From positions 45,694,001 to 45,758,000 of the forward strand of contig NC_135818.1 in NCBI RefSeq assembly GCF_964213995.1: 64,000 bases of DNA. The letters are read 5' to 3'. A program made the position numbers and the translations under genes. The stretch is from Mustelus asterias (Eukaryota). Each line of letters opens with the position of its first letter. Within the stretch, counting starts at the first letter, position 1. Positions 37,166 to 50,152 of the stretch are shown here, piece after piece. The notes under the pieces were generated by a model. It was given only the letters and a program-made list of their open reading frames with translations. It did not search any database and was not told the origin of the DNA.

Positions 37166-37994
37166 TGGAGGAAGCACCATCAACCCACAATCAGCAATTT
37201 GCGAGGTATCCTCTTCCCCCTCCCCACGTGCTCCCCACCTCCCAACAAGCAGGCATGAGGTTTATTCAACCCGACTGCCCTCTCAGGCCCCCTTTCCTCC
37301 AGAGAGCCCCCAAACATTCCCCTTCCATCCCAGAACCCCCACTCAGCCCCCTTCACCCGCAGACTCCCCATTCACCCTCCCTTAAGGCCACGCGCCTCGA
37401 CAGTGCCAGAAGTGCACTGCCCCCAGGCACCTTGGGCCCTGGGGGAGGGAGGGGGGGTTAAGGAGGTAGGTCCATAGTGGACATTTGCCCCTCTGCGGTT
37501 TCCAGGCTGCAAGGACAGGTCCTTCAGGGGTCCTGGATTTGGTGGGCTCGGGCTGGGGACAAGGGATTGACCTCCCCATTCTCCATCGGGATGGGCGTGT
37601 CATGGCTCGACTGCCCCTTCTAGTCCTGGCAGACCTGAAGATCATCCCTGCCATGGTGATTTCTGCATTCCTGTGTCAGCTGTGCAAATTCTGAAGGGGT
37701 CAGGTCACTTTAACTTCCATGTGCCTGGTCACTTGGCAGGATTTTAAACAATTGCAGCACTCCATTCTGCAGCAGTGATTTTCCTTCTGTCCTGTCAGAA
37801 GCAGCAGGTGAGAGCAGACCCCTTTGAAGTCCTCTGACAAAGAGGAGATGTCAATATCACCTGGGAGTGGGTTCAGTTTGCCCAGCTGTGCACTCAGCCC
37901 CAATGTATGCACACAGCTTTGATTAGAAGTTACCGTGGCTTCCCAGCAAGCAGAAATCGTTGAAACTCTCTCCATTGCACTTAAAGCCTTTAAT

Positions 37995-38317
37995 CTGTGG
38001 CACAGTGGTTAGCACTGCTGCCTCACAGCACCAGGGACCGGGGTTCAATTCCAGTCTCGGATTACTGTCTGTGTGGAGTTTGCACATTCTCCCTGTGTCT
38101 GCGTGGGTTTCCTCTGGGTGCTCCAGTTTCCTCCCACAGTCCAAAGATGTGCGGATTAGGTTGATTGGCCATGCTAAATTGACCCTAGTGTCAGAGATTA
38201 GCAGTGTAAATATGTGGGGTTACAGGAATAGGGCCTGGGTGGGATTGTGGTTGGTACAGACTCGATGGGCCAAATGGCCTCCTTCTGCACTGTAGGGATT
38301 CTATGATCTATGATTCT
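37995..38317 (+). mobile_element. HE1-type V-SINE
   Basis: Same consensus as the other copies. Confidence 0.9.
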
Positions 38318-40160
38318 AAGTTCAGTGTGCAATGCCTCAAACCCCCCACCGAGGGTAAAAGATTCAGTTGTCAGCTCAATGGAATTCTATCATCCTCCAG
38401 CCACCTGTGTTTATTTTTATTTCCCTTCAAGGTCGACTACAAGTACCCATTGATCTTGACCCCAATGTAGACAGAGTCTAATCCTGATTGACAGCCTGTG
38501 GTTTCACTTCATCTTTTGCAAACCACTTCAAGTTATTCAACATTCCCTGTTTTGCAGTTGACAATGATACATTATATTCGTAATGAAGCTTATTTTGTAA
38601 ATATAATGTTATTCTACAATCTTATAAAACCTAAATACATTTTCCTGGCTTCAAGACATTGGCCCTGATTTCGGGGCGGGCGAAGCTTACAGGACGGCAT
38701 TCTCCATTGACCTCGGGTGTGATCTTACAAGCCTGGGGCGGGCGGGCTGATAAAATTCCCATTGTTACCATCCCAATTCTTTAAACTCTCGATAGGACAT
38801 CTCCAGTCACATTGCATTGCAGGCCGAAATAATTTTTAGGATTAGTGATTGCAACATCAAACTCCAGCGCAACAGCCTTTGGATCTTAGTTTGGAATTGT
38901 TCTAGGAACAAGGTTGTGGGTCCCTTGGTTTACCATTCTTCATGGTGCTTTTTAAAATCTGTATTGGATTGTGCACAGTCTGGACACTGGGATAGCATTT
39001 TGATGGAGCCAAAGGTTTTAAAATTTGTTTGGTTTGGTTAACTTGTCAAGAACAACATTGCTGATTGCTGGCAAAGCATCTGACTTCTGGGTATTGGCAG
39101 CTGTGAACCCAAGGAGAAATTACATCATACTGCTTCTCACCCTCTGCATGCAGCAATTCCCTTTGTTCTCCATTTATACTAGACACAAAATTGTCACCAG
39201 GGATTCCATTGTATGAATCAGACTCTGAACCACTCTGTTCAGTTTGGATCCCCTCATCTCCATTTTCGTCTGTGTCTGAATGCTTTTTTCATGTTTTTGA
39301 AAAAGGTTTCAACCAACCAAACATCAGCGTTGTCCTTCATAAAGATTGAATTTGCCTCATCCTGTTTAAATTCAAGATCATTCTTAACTGAGTTCTTCTC
39401 GCCCATTTAACTCTTTGGTTTCCTTTCCCAGGAGATGCAAACAGTTCATTTTCTGTTGAGTAAAATCCTCTTGCTGCTTTAAGAACTTTGTGAAGGTTAC
39501 GGCGATGTTCAGCTAAGAAATCTGTTCATCCTGTGCATGAATTCTTTTGATTCCTTTTTGCTCTTCGCTGTCTCACTATTGTTGAGCTTTGTTTAAATTC
39601 AGTTCTGGCAAGAGCTACTGCACTTTTGTTTGGAAGTTTTAATTTATTTTCATGAACACATTCTTCCTCACAGCTCTATAGTATCAGCACCGGACTTAGC
39701 TTGGCTACTCTTTCAAAGCACATTTTCCATCTTTTTCATCATGAGCTTTGAGTCCTATTGCTAACTGCTTCACCTCACCTTGCTCATCATTTTTCAACAT
39801 TTTCAATTCAGTTGGCTTTCCATTGTCTTCAACTACTCTTAGATTTTTCTTTTCAGCCTGATGCTCCAATGTCCTTTTACAATTAGCAGACTAAATTTCC
39901 AACTCTTTGGGCACATCTTTGGTTGAAACTTTAACTCTCACAGCAGGTTTATAGAAAGTCATGGAATTTTTTAAGTCATCTGGATTTTCCTGCACAATTT
40001 TGGTTTTAACAGCCTCAACGAGCATCCCTGAAAACACTGGAGATGGTAATACCTTATCCCCTGCTAAGTCATTTCCCAACAAGAAGTCAACACTTCCGAT
40101 GAGTAAAGTAGGAACGACACCCACAACAACAGGACTTCTAACTAAGCCACATTAACACAT

Positions 40161-40655
40161 CCATTGACTCTGTCTACACTTCAAACTGCCTCAGAAAAGC
40201 AGCCAGCATAATTAAGGACCCCACGCACCCCGGATGTACTCTCTTCCACCTTCTTCCGTTGGGAAAAATGTCTGAGGTCACGTACCAACTGACTCAAGAA
40301 CAGGATAAGTGCAAATTACTGCAGATTCTGGAATCTGAAACCAAAAGAGAAAATGCTGGAAAATCACAGCAGATCTGGCAGCATCTGTAAGGAGAGAAAA
40401 GAGCTGACATTTCGAGTCCAAATGACCCTTTGTCAAAGCTGACTCAAGAACAGCTTTTTCCCTGCTGCCATCAGACTTTTGAATGGACCTACCTCACACT
40501 AAGTTGATCTTTCTCTACACCCTAGCTATGACTGTAACACTGCATTCTTCACTCTCTCCTTTCCTTCTCTATGTTTTGGCTGTATAGCGCGCAAGAAACA
40601 ATACTTTTCACTGTATACTGATAAATGTGACAGTAATAAATCAAATCAAATCAAA
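40161..40655 (+). mobile_element. Rex1/Babar-like LINE 3' end nested in the Gypsy element
   Basis: Degenerate KAASIIKDPTHPG..LF.LLP.G..RT..LKNSFFPAAIRLLN-like reading and an AATAAA(TCAAA)n tail. Confidence 0.6.
40304..40438 (-). mobile_element. Penelope-type terminal-repeat fragment with variant hammerhead, 15-bp TSD
   Basis: TSD CTGACTCAAGAACAG at 40289-40303 and 40439-40453. Minus strand reads AGCT-TTGACAA-A-GGGTC-atttg-GACTC-GAAA-TG-TC-AGCT. Confidence 0.7.
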
Positions 40656-42539
40656 CATTTTATATTAAACCTATACAAAAGAAAGGGTAAACAATTTCCA
40701 TCAATACTCTGAAACAATAACTTTTAATTCAATGAACCTTTTGGAGAACGCTTCATGTCACCGCCAATATCAGTGTCAGTGCTGATCTTGTATTTCTAAC
40801 AATACTAATCAATTTGCCTATCTAACCCGATGAACATGGGGACACTTAACCCTTGAACAAAAAAAGCTCTATATGTTTCCATCACCCGATTCACACTTTT
40901 AGTGAATGTGCGGGAGATTCCCTCCTCATCATAAACTTTACCAATAAGGACAGTGTCACCTGGGGGAAACACCCATAAATGGACAAATGTGACACGTCTG
41001 TTTTTTTAAACTTCTGGCATTCAGCCTTCACATGTCCTTTCTCATGATAAAAGTAGTAGGTTGGTTCCCTTGAATCTAATCTTCCCTCTAAACCTTCACT
41101 CCTAGTAACCCGAGAAGGATTTGGGAATTCACCCAGCTTCCTCAGCATAGCTGCACCTCTTCAAAGTCAACCTTCCTCTATTTACAGTTTTTCTGGAAGG
41201 TTCAAAAGTGGGTCCTGTTAGTAATCATTTTATGAGTAAACTCAAAATAATCTTCCATAACTGAGGCTTCCCTAATCTTATGAACTTTGTGATCTTCCAG
41301 GTAAGACCCTAACCCCAAAGGGACACTATTTTTGACTTCCTCCACCAACATCATCTCCTTAAGGTCTGTTCAGTCTTCATTGACCTACACCACCTACTGA
41401 ATGCCATTTCCTTTTCCCCGGACAACTTTATATGGGCCTGACCCTTTCAACTTTGGCCTATAGGCCTCTGGCATCAACCCATGAACACTGACTATAGCTT
41501 GTCTTTCCTTGTCTTCACGAGTGTTCTGCTAGAAGAGGTGAGTGCACCTCCAAAACCTTCCCTATCTTTGAAGGAGCTTAACACCCTGTTCTCTGCACCA
41601 GTTCAGATTTGTGGAAATGTTCTCGAATGACAGGAAGTACATTATCACTCTCTTTGAAGCAAAAATTCTTCAACTCAAAAAGGAGTTCTCTCTGAATCAG
41701 TCCCGCATCTCGTAATGACGCATGTTCCATTGGGATTTTTCATTCCTTTCTTGCTAATTTCTCTCCTAAGTCAACCTTTCTTAGTCCCATTTTCTTCTTT
41801 AATTCTGGGATCCTTTCTTCCTTGAGCCTCAGATGCCTGGACAATTCTTCAGAGATCTTAGCTCCTACTCTTATGTTTATCCCTATTTCACGCTCTTTCA
41901 AGTCTCAGAGTTAGACCTCTCTTCCAACAATAACCTAAGCCTCAAAGGTAATCGGGTCAATTTCCGAATACAAAATAGCTGAAGCTAATGTGAAACTTTG
42001 TTTAAATGCTGGAAAGTTTCAGTGAATATGTTTCAGTCTCTGGGTTAATATCTTCAAATTGAGCCCTCGATTGTGTTAGCATCTCCCGGGTGGGGTGGGG
42101 GGGGGGGGGGGGGAGGAAGCCATACATTAAACTTTTGTTAGATGAAGATCAACTTTTTGAAAGAGAGGAGCTGAAATTCCTCATGAGGACGACAAGAGGA
42201 TTGTTTGAGACTCTCACAGCACTGATGTCTGGGTGGGTTACTGAAAAATTCAGGTGACCTGTGTTGGTCATGTCTGCCAGTTAATGTGCAGTCTGGGGTG
42301 CGTTTAACCACAGTTTCCTTGTTAATTCACGGTTACTTCTTATCAATTCTGGATGTTAGAGCATAAGATTGATAATATTGACTGCTTTGTTCACTCTTGT
42401 ATAGTAACATTTATTCCATTTATATGAAATTGTGATATTTTATGGCGCTATTCTCTTATTAAATATCGAGGAGTTCAAATTTTGTCTACAGAGATTACTG
42501 GCCCCTAACTAAATCGTAACACCTCCAACAACCACAACC

Positions 42540-43765
42540 ATCATTCTCTGTGTTAGGTTTGACTCCAACCAACTATTGGAGAGTTTTCCCCAATTCCCAC
42601 TGACTGCAGTTGTGCTGGGACTTTTGATTTTGCACTCAGTCAAATGCTGTCTTGATATCAAGAGCAGTCACTCCCACCTATTCAGTTCAGGTCTTCTGTC
42701 CATGTTTGTAGCAAGGTTGTAATGAGGTCAGGAGCCTAGTGGAACCTAAACTGAGCAATGAGTAGGTTGTTGAGTAAGTGCTGTTCGATAGCCCTGTCAA
42801 TGGCATTGTCCATCGCTTTGCTGATGATCAAGGGTAGACTGATGGGGCTAATTGTCTGAGTTGGATTCGTCCTGCTTTTTGTGGTTAGGGCATACTTGGG
42901 CAACTTCTGTGTTTTGGGGTAGATGCTGCTGTTGCAGCTACACTGGAACAGTTTGGATAGGGACGTAGCCAGCTCTGGAGCACACACCTTCAATACTATT
43001 GCCGGAACCTTTGCAGAGTCCACAGCTTTGCAGTATCCAGTGCCTTCAGCCATTTCTTGATATCACTTGGAGTGAATCAAATTAGCTGAAGACTGGTATC
43101 TGTGACACTGGGGACGACTGGAGGAGGCTGAGATAGATCATCCATTTGGCACTTCTGGCTGAAGATGATTGCAAATGCATCAGCTTTGTCTTTTGCACTG
43201 ATGGGCTGGGTACTGCCATCATTGAGGATGGGAGTATTTGTGGAGCCTCCTCTTCTTATCAGTTGTTTAGTGGCCCACCAACATGCACGTGGCAGGACTG
43301 CAGAGCTTAGATCTGATTTATTGGTTATGGGATCACTTTTTTTTTGTTACATCCAATCAAAGTCCAATTCAAAGTCTCAACCAGTGAGATATTAGAGATC
43401 CAAGCTGACAAGACAGGCTGCCCTCTTCCTGTCTTGGGCTTGATCTACATGATCCAAGCTGATAGGAGCAGGCATTGCACCCCCTCCAGTGCTTGATCTC
43501 ATTTGCATCTTAGCCAAAAGGCCTAGATGCCATTTTTAAAAATTGCTTCAAATGAATCCTCAGTGAAACCTCGTTGACTCCTATCAAGTGCAGCACAGCA
43601 AAACTACATTTGATTTTAGCCAAAAGGCCGAGGAGCAATTATGGGATCACTTAACTCTGTCTATCACTTACTGCTTTGCTGTGCGATATACAAGTAGTCC
43701 TGTTATCGCTTCACCAAGTTGACACCTCATTTTAAGGTATGCCTGGTGCTGCTCCTGGCACACTC
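42540..43765 (-). mobile_element. CR1-like LINE fragment hosting the U2-headed element
   Basis: KAVDSAKVPAIVLKVCAPELATSLSKLFQCS...PISLPLIISK...QFRF. Confidence 0.7.
43339..43639 (-). mobile_element. U2 snRNA-headed SINE-like retroposon, copy 2, with 13-bp TSD
   Basis: Head matches U2 nt 1-37 at 33/37 positions; poly-A tail. TSD TATGGGATCACTT at 43326-43338 and 43640-43652. Inserted into a CR1-like fragment. Confidence 0.85.
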
Positions 43766-43890
43766 TCCTCGGTATGTTTTGTAGACACATCCTCAAGCAA
43801 TATTAATAATTGAATGAAAATCATCCCATGTACAGAAAGTCCTCGGTTAAGGTTGGCAATTGGAAAACACAATGTTATGCAAAACATGGT

Positions 43891-44220
43891 TATAGAATCC
43901 ATACAGTGCAGAAGGAGGCCATTCGGCCCATCGAGTCTACACCGACAACAATCCCACTCAGGCCATATCTCTGTAATCCCACGTATTTACCCTGCTAATC
44001 CCCCTAACCTACACATCTTGGGAAACTAAGGGGCTAATTAGCATGGCCAATCCACCTAACCCGCACATCTTTGGACTGTGGAAGGAAACAGGAGCACGCA
44101 GAGGAAACCCACGCAGACACGAGGAGAATGTGCACACTCCACACAGACAGTGACCCAAGCCGGGAATCGACCCCAGGTCCCTGACGCTGTGAGGCAGCAG
44201 TACTAACCACTGTGCCACCG
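43891..44220 (-). mobile_element. HE1-type V-SINE
   Basis: Same consensus as the other copies. Confidence 0.9.
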
Positions 44221-44373
44221 ACAGAAACCGACAGAATTTTAGAAATGGGGATTACATTCCTGGTGGAAGGCTTTTGGAAAACATTCTATTTAAAATGGAT
44301 CATGCCTCCCTCCTCTACTTTGACGAGGATCAGAAGTTGCACTGTGGAGATGTCAGGCTGAACAGACACATTA

Positions 44374-44715
44374 TCATAGAATCATAGAAACCCTACAGTG
44401 CAGAAGGAAGCCATTCGGCCCATCGAGTCTGCACCGACCACAATCCCACCCAGGCCCTACCCCCACATATTTTACCCACTAATCCCTCTAACCTACACAT
44501 CCCAGGACACTAAGGGGCAATTTTTTAACCTGGCTAATCAACCTAACCCGCACATCTTTGGACTGTGGGAGGAAACCGGAGCACCCGGAGGAAACCCACG
44601 CAGACACGAGGAGAATGTGCAAACTCCACACAGACAGTGACCCGAGCCGGGAATCGAACCCGGGACCCTGGAGCTGTGAAGCAGCAGTGCTAACCACTGT
44701 GCTACCGTGCCGCCC
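44374..44715 (-). mobile_element. HE1-type V-SINE
   Basis: Very similar to the copy at 13776-14122. Confidence 0.9.
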
Positions 44716-45262
44716 TCTGACTACCTCTGACCAGGCCTGTGCCTCTGTCTGGAGGTACAGCTGTTTAATTTTGACATAAGAACATTAAATGCTGGTAACA
44801 ATCAGATGTGGAGATGCCGGCGTTGGACTGGGGCAAACACAGTAAGAAGTCTCACAACACCAGGGTCATCAGAAGGCCAGGATCCATCAGTGGAGGGAGA
44901 GATAGAGATAACATTTCACATTGAAGACTTTTCATCAGTTTACCAGGATCTGCATAACCCTTTGCTCTTATTTATATTTTACTGTGCTCTTTGGCAATAT
45001 TTCAGATGACTTTGCTATTCACACATTGATTGATAAAAGTCGTACCAGCTGCCAGACAGCTTCAGACTTAGCTCAGAAAGAAGACGTTCAGTTGATTTGG
45101 AAGATTGAGGTGGTCCTTGCTGGTCTTTAGTTATTGGTGGCTTCAGCTTTAAGAAGAATGTAAGGAGTGTGCAAACACATTGTACCACCATGAAAAGTGA
45201 CCGAGCTTGCAGAAAGCATCCCTGAAATTATTTTGTCAGATACTGCTACTGCCGCCGCCTTT

Positions 45263-47695
45263 TAGAACATAGAACATAGAACAGTACAGCACAGAACAGG
45301 CCCTTCGGCCCACGATGTTGTGCTGAGCTTTGTCTGAAACCCAGATCAAGCTATTTCCTCCCTATCATCCCGAAGTATTCCATGTGCCTATCCAATAGCT
45401 TCTTAAATGTTCCTAAAGTTTCTGACTCCACTATCCCTGCAGGCAGTCCATTCCACACCCCAACCACTCTCTGAGTAAAGAACCTACCTCGGACATCCTT
45501 CCTATATCTCCCACCATGAACCCTATAGTTATGCCCCCTAGTTACCGCTCCATTCACCCGAGGAAATAGTCTTTGAACGTTCACTCTATCTATCCCCCTC
45601 ATCATCTTATAAACCTCTATCAAGTCTCCTCTCAACCTCCTCCGCTCCAAAGAGAAAAGCCCAAGTTCCCTCAACCTTTCCTCATAAGACCTACCCTCCA
45701 AACCAGGCAGCATCCTGGTAAATCTCCTCTGCACTCTTTCCAGTGTCTCCACATCCTTCTTGTAGTGAGGTGACCAGAACTGCACACAATATTCCAAATG
45801 TGGTCTCACCAAGGTCCTGTACAGTTGCAGCATAACCCTACGGCTCTTAAACTCAAACCCCCTGTTAATGAACGCCAACACACTATAGGCCTTCTTCACG
45901 GCTCTATCCACTTGAGTGGCAACCTTCAGAGATCTATGGATATGAACCCCAAGATCTCTCTGTTCCTCCACATTCTTCAGAACCCTACCTTTGACCCTGT
46001 AATCCACATTTAAATTTGTCCTACCAAAATGAATCACCTCGCATTTGTCTCCATTTGCCATTTTTCAGCCCAGCTCTGCATCCTATCTATATCTCTTTGC
46101 AGCCTACAACAGCCCTCCACCTCATCCACTACTCCACCAATCTTGGTGTCATCAGCAAATTTACTGATCCACCCTTCAGCCCCCTCCTCCAAGTCATTTA
46201 TAAAAATGACAAATAGCAGAGGACCAAACACTGATCCCAGTGGCACTCCGCTGGTAACCGGTTTCCAGTCCGAAAATTTTCCATCCACCACCACCCTCTG
46301 TCTTCTGTTAGATAGCCGGTTACCTATCCAATCGACCAAACTTCCCTCTATCCCACACATCCTTACTTTCTTCATAAGCTGACCGTGGGGGACTTTATCA
46401 AACGCCTTACTAAAATCCATGTCCATGACATCAACTGCACTACCTTCATCTACACACTTAGTTACCTCCTCAAAAAATTCTATCAAATTTGTGAGGCAAG
46501 ACTTGCCCTTCACAAATCCGTGCTGACTATCCCGGATTAAGCTGCATCTTTCTAAATGGTCGTAAATCCTATCCCTGAGGACCTTTTCCATCAACTTACC
46601 GACCACCGAAGTAAGACTAACCGGCCTATAATTACCAGGGTCATTTCTATTCCCTTTCTTAAACAGAGGAACCACATTCGCCACTCTCCAGTCCTCTGGC
46701 ACCACCCCCGTGGACAGTGAGGACGCAAAGATCAATGCCAAAGGCTCTGCAATCTCATCCCTTGTCTCCCAAAGAATCCTAGGATATATTTCATCAGGCC
46801 CAGGGGACTTATCAACTTTCAGTTTATTCAAAATTGCTAGTACATCTTCCCTCCGAACATCTACTTCCTCCAGCCTATCAGCCTGTGACACCATCTCTTC
46901 CTCAAAAACATGGCCCCTCTCCTTGGTGAACACCGAAGAAAAGTATTCATTCATCACCTCTCCTATCTCTTCTGACTCCATGCACAAATTCCCACTACCG
47001 TCCTTGACCGGCCCCAGCCTCACCCTGGTCATTCTTTTATTCCTCACATAAGAGTAAAAAGCCTTGGGGTTTTCCTTGATCCGACCCGCCAAGGACTTCT
47101 CATGCCCCCTCCTAGCTCTCCTAAGCCCCTTTTTCAGCTCATTTCTTGCTAACTTGTAACCCTCCATCGAGCCAACTGAACCTTGTTTTCTCAACCTAAC
47201 ATACGCTTCCTTCTTCCTCTTGACAAGACATTCCACCTCTTTTGTGAACCATGGTTCCCTCACTCGGCCATTTCCTCTCTGCCTGGCAGGGACATACCTA
47301 TCAAGGACACGCAGTATTTGTTCCTTGAAAAAGTTCCACTTATCATTAGTGCCTTTGCCTGACAATTTTTGTTCCCATCCTATGCTTCCTAATTCCCGCC
47401 TGATTGCATCATAATTACCTCTCCCCAATTGTAAACTATGCCCTGCCGTATGGCCCTCTCCCTCTCCTTTGCAATAACAAAAGACACCGAATTGTGGTCA
47501 CTATCTCCAAAGTGCTCTCCCACAACCAAATCCAACACTTGGCCCGGCTCATTTCCCATTACCAAATCCAATGTGGCCCCACCTCTTGTCGGCTTATCCA
47601 CATATTGTGTCAGGAATCCCTCCTGCACACACTGCACAAAAACTGCCCCATCCGAACTATTCGACCTATAAAGGTTCCAATCAATATTTGGAAGT
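45263..47695 (-). mobile_element. Relatively young 5'-truncated CR1 (HER1-like) LINE, ORF2 split by frameshifts
   Basis: ORFs 47389-47811, 46034-47428 and 45351-46061 contain LDLV/SDH endonuclease motifs, [32 protein letters not shown] and RPHLEYCVQFW, plus a (TTCTATG)n tail. Confidence 0.93.
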
Positions 47696-48365
47696 GGGTG
47701 CAAATCATGCCCTTGACATAATCTCACTTCGTGCCAGCAACACCTCACCTGAAGACTCTGCGAGTTTGTTGGACTCAGTACCCTGAGAAAGCATGAGGCC
47801 AGACACTGCATATAGCTATAATTACAGACACAAAATGACCACCTGGAACCTTACCGTAGCTGTGTCAACATTGGATTTTCCTTTGACAACCGCCCTCTAC
47901 CTGGAGGTGACTACAAGGTGAATGTGTACAGAGGAGAATTCTCAGGGAGGTCCCAATGAGTTGGACAACAGTCCTGGTACACTACTGATGGTAAATCCAC
48001 CAATGAAAAAAATCCAGCCTTTTGCCTCTGTATTTGGCCATCAACTCAGGCTATTTCAGCAACTTACACAACTAGATCTCCTCTAAACTCATCGCCACAT
48101 TCTGTCAACTTTGATCATGATACTAATCTGGAAGAAAATATGGTACGAATTAGATGTACTTGAAAAATAAGCTCGTTTCTATTCCCCTCTCTCCCAGTCT
48201 CAAAGTCTGCTATCTACAATCTACTGAAATGTACAATATATCTCCCTTCCTATAATCCTACACTCATCTTTCACGAACCCAATTAGTCCCTGCTGTTTTT
48301 GATTACCATCCATTATCTGTCCCATCTGCTGCTTTACTGATAACTGAGTAGTGAACCTGTCAAAG

Positions 48366-48693
48366 CATAGAATCATAGAATCCTACACTGCAGAAGGAGG
48401 CCAGTCGGGACTGCACTGACCACAATCCCACCCAGGCCCTATCCCCATAACCTCATGCATTTATCTTAGCTAATCCCCCTGACGCTAAGGGGCAATTTAG
48501 CATGACCAATCCACCCAACCCGCACATCTTTGGACTGTGGGAGGAAACCGGAGCACCCAGAAGAAACCCACGCAAACACGGGGAGAATGTGCAAATTCCA
48601 CACAGACAGTGACCCAAGCCGGGAATCGAACCCGTGTCCCTGGCACTGTAAGGCAGCGGTGCTAACCACTAACCCCTATGCCACTGTGCCGCC
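48366..48693 (-). mobile_element. HE1-type V-SINE
   Basis: Same consensus as the other copies. Confidence 0.9.
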
Positions 48694-49837
48694 TCAATAT
48701 GGCTCAATAGGTACATTCCCAAATTGGCCACATATCATGAACTCACCAAGTCCGTGCCAGATCAAAATAGATGCCACTTAACAGGAATCTGATCTCGTTA
48801 ATTCTTTAGAAGACCAAGGACAGTGGGATGAAAGTGGCATTTGGAATTCAATGCCAGTACCTGTGAGGGGATGCTTTTTTGTGGAAAAAACAACAAAAAT
48901 TATGCTCTGAAGTTGTCTCAGTAATATAAAAGAGCAAAAGGGAGTTGGGGTACAAGTCAGTAGAACATAAATGGCAGCACTGCAGCCAATGAAACTGTGG
49001 TAAAAAGGAGAAGAGATTCTAGCTTTCATACCAAAAGACAAGCCCACATAAAGAACCATTAAGACCTTTGTTAGTGTCGTGAACTTCACACTACACAAAA
49101 GATAGGGGCTTTAGGGGGGAAGAGCACAGATTATTTGGGATTTGATATGAGGAAATATAAATACAAAAATAGTTTTTCATTAAACAAATTATGAGATTAG
49201 CCATTTTAAAATTGCGTTTTAGGTGAATAAAAACAGATTTTCTCCAAGGGCTGAGGCTCCACAGACACAAGAATAGCTCTTTGTGTAAATTATCCAAGCT
49301 TTATCCACGATTGACTTAATTCCCCACACTTGCTCATTCCCACTTGTGTATTTTCTGATTACACTGTGAAGCCACTGCTGCTTCGTATTCTCCGTGTCAG
49401 CCGTTCACACTCACCTTTTCAAAAAGCTTCTGCTAAGGCATGGCACGGCAGAATAATGACTAAGATCAGAGCAGACCGTGTCAGAAGAAGCAGAATGGAC
49501 AGCAAGCTGGCTCCAGAAGAGAAAACTTCTCACATTGTCAAAAGATGGGGAGGGGCATTCCAGAAGGATCTACGCTGGGACTGCTGTTGTTCAGAATTCA
49601 TATGAGCGCTTTTGACACAGGATAGGAAGTAGCATTTCAAAATCTGCAGTAGCATCAAATTGGGGGATAGACTGAGGAGCGCCGTGACAAAGTAATAAAC
49701 TTGCTGAATGCACATGTAATTAGCTAATGTATTCCAATATAGGCTATGAGATGGTGCCATTTGGTAGAAAGAATGTGGGAACCACATTCTGCTTGGAAAA
49801 TAAGAATCGAAAAGGGGCAGAGGAACAAAGCATGAAG

Positions 49838-50152
49838 GGAATCCCTACAGTGCAGAAGGAGGCCATTTGGCCCATCGAGTCTGCACCGACCACATTCCCA
49901 CCCAAGCCCTATTCCCGTAACCCCACATATTTATCCTGCTAATCCCCTGACACTGGGATCAATTTAGCGTCGCCAATCAACCTAACCCGCACATCTTTGG
50001 AATGTGGGAGGAAACCAGAGCACCCGGAGGAAACCCACGCAGACACGGGGAGAATGTGCAAACTCCACACAGACAGTGACCTGAGGCTGGAATTGAACCC
50101 AGGCCCCTGGCGCTGTGAGGCAGCAGTGCTAACCACTGTGCTATCATGCCAC
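49838..50152 (-). mobile_element. HE1-type V-SINE
   Basis: Same consensus as the other copies. Confidence 0.9.

Larger units (their letters stand above)
38800..42521 (-). mobile_element. Decayed Gypsy-type LTR retrotransposon (gag/protease region plus probable LTR ~42073-42521)
   Basis: Degenerate zinc knuckle YFYHEKGHVKAECQK (40891-41148) and GVVPTLLIGSVDFLLGNDLAGDKV (39891-40124). PBS-like GAGGGCTC next to a TG...CA-bounded segment. Confidence 0.6.
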
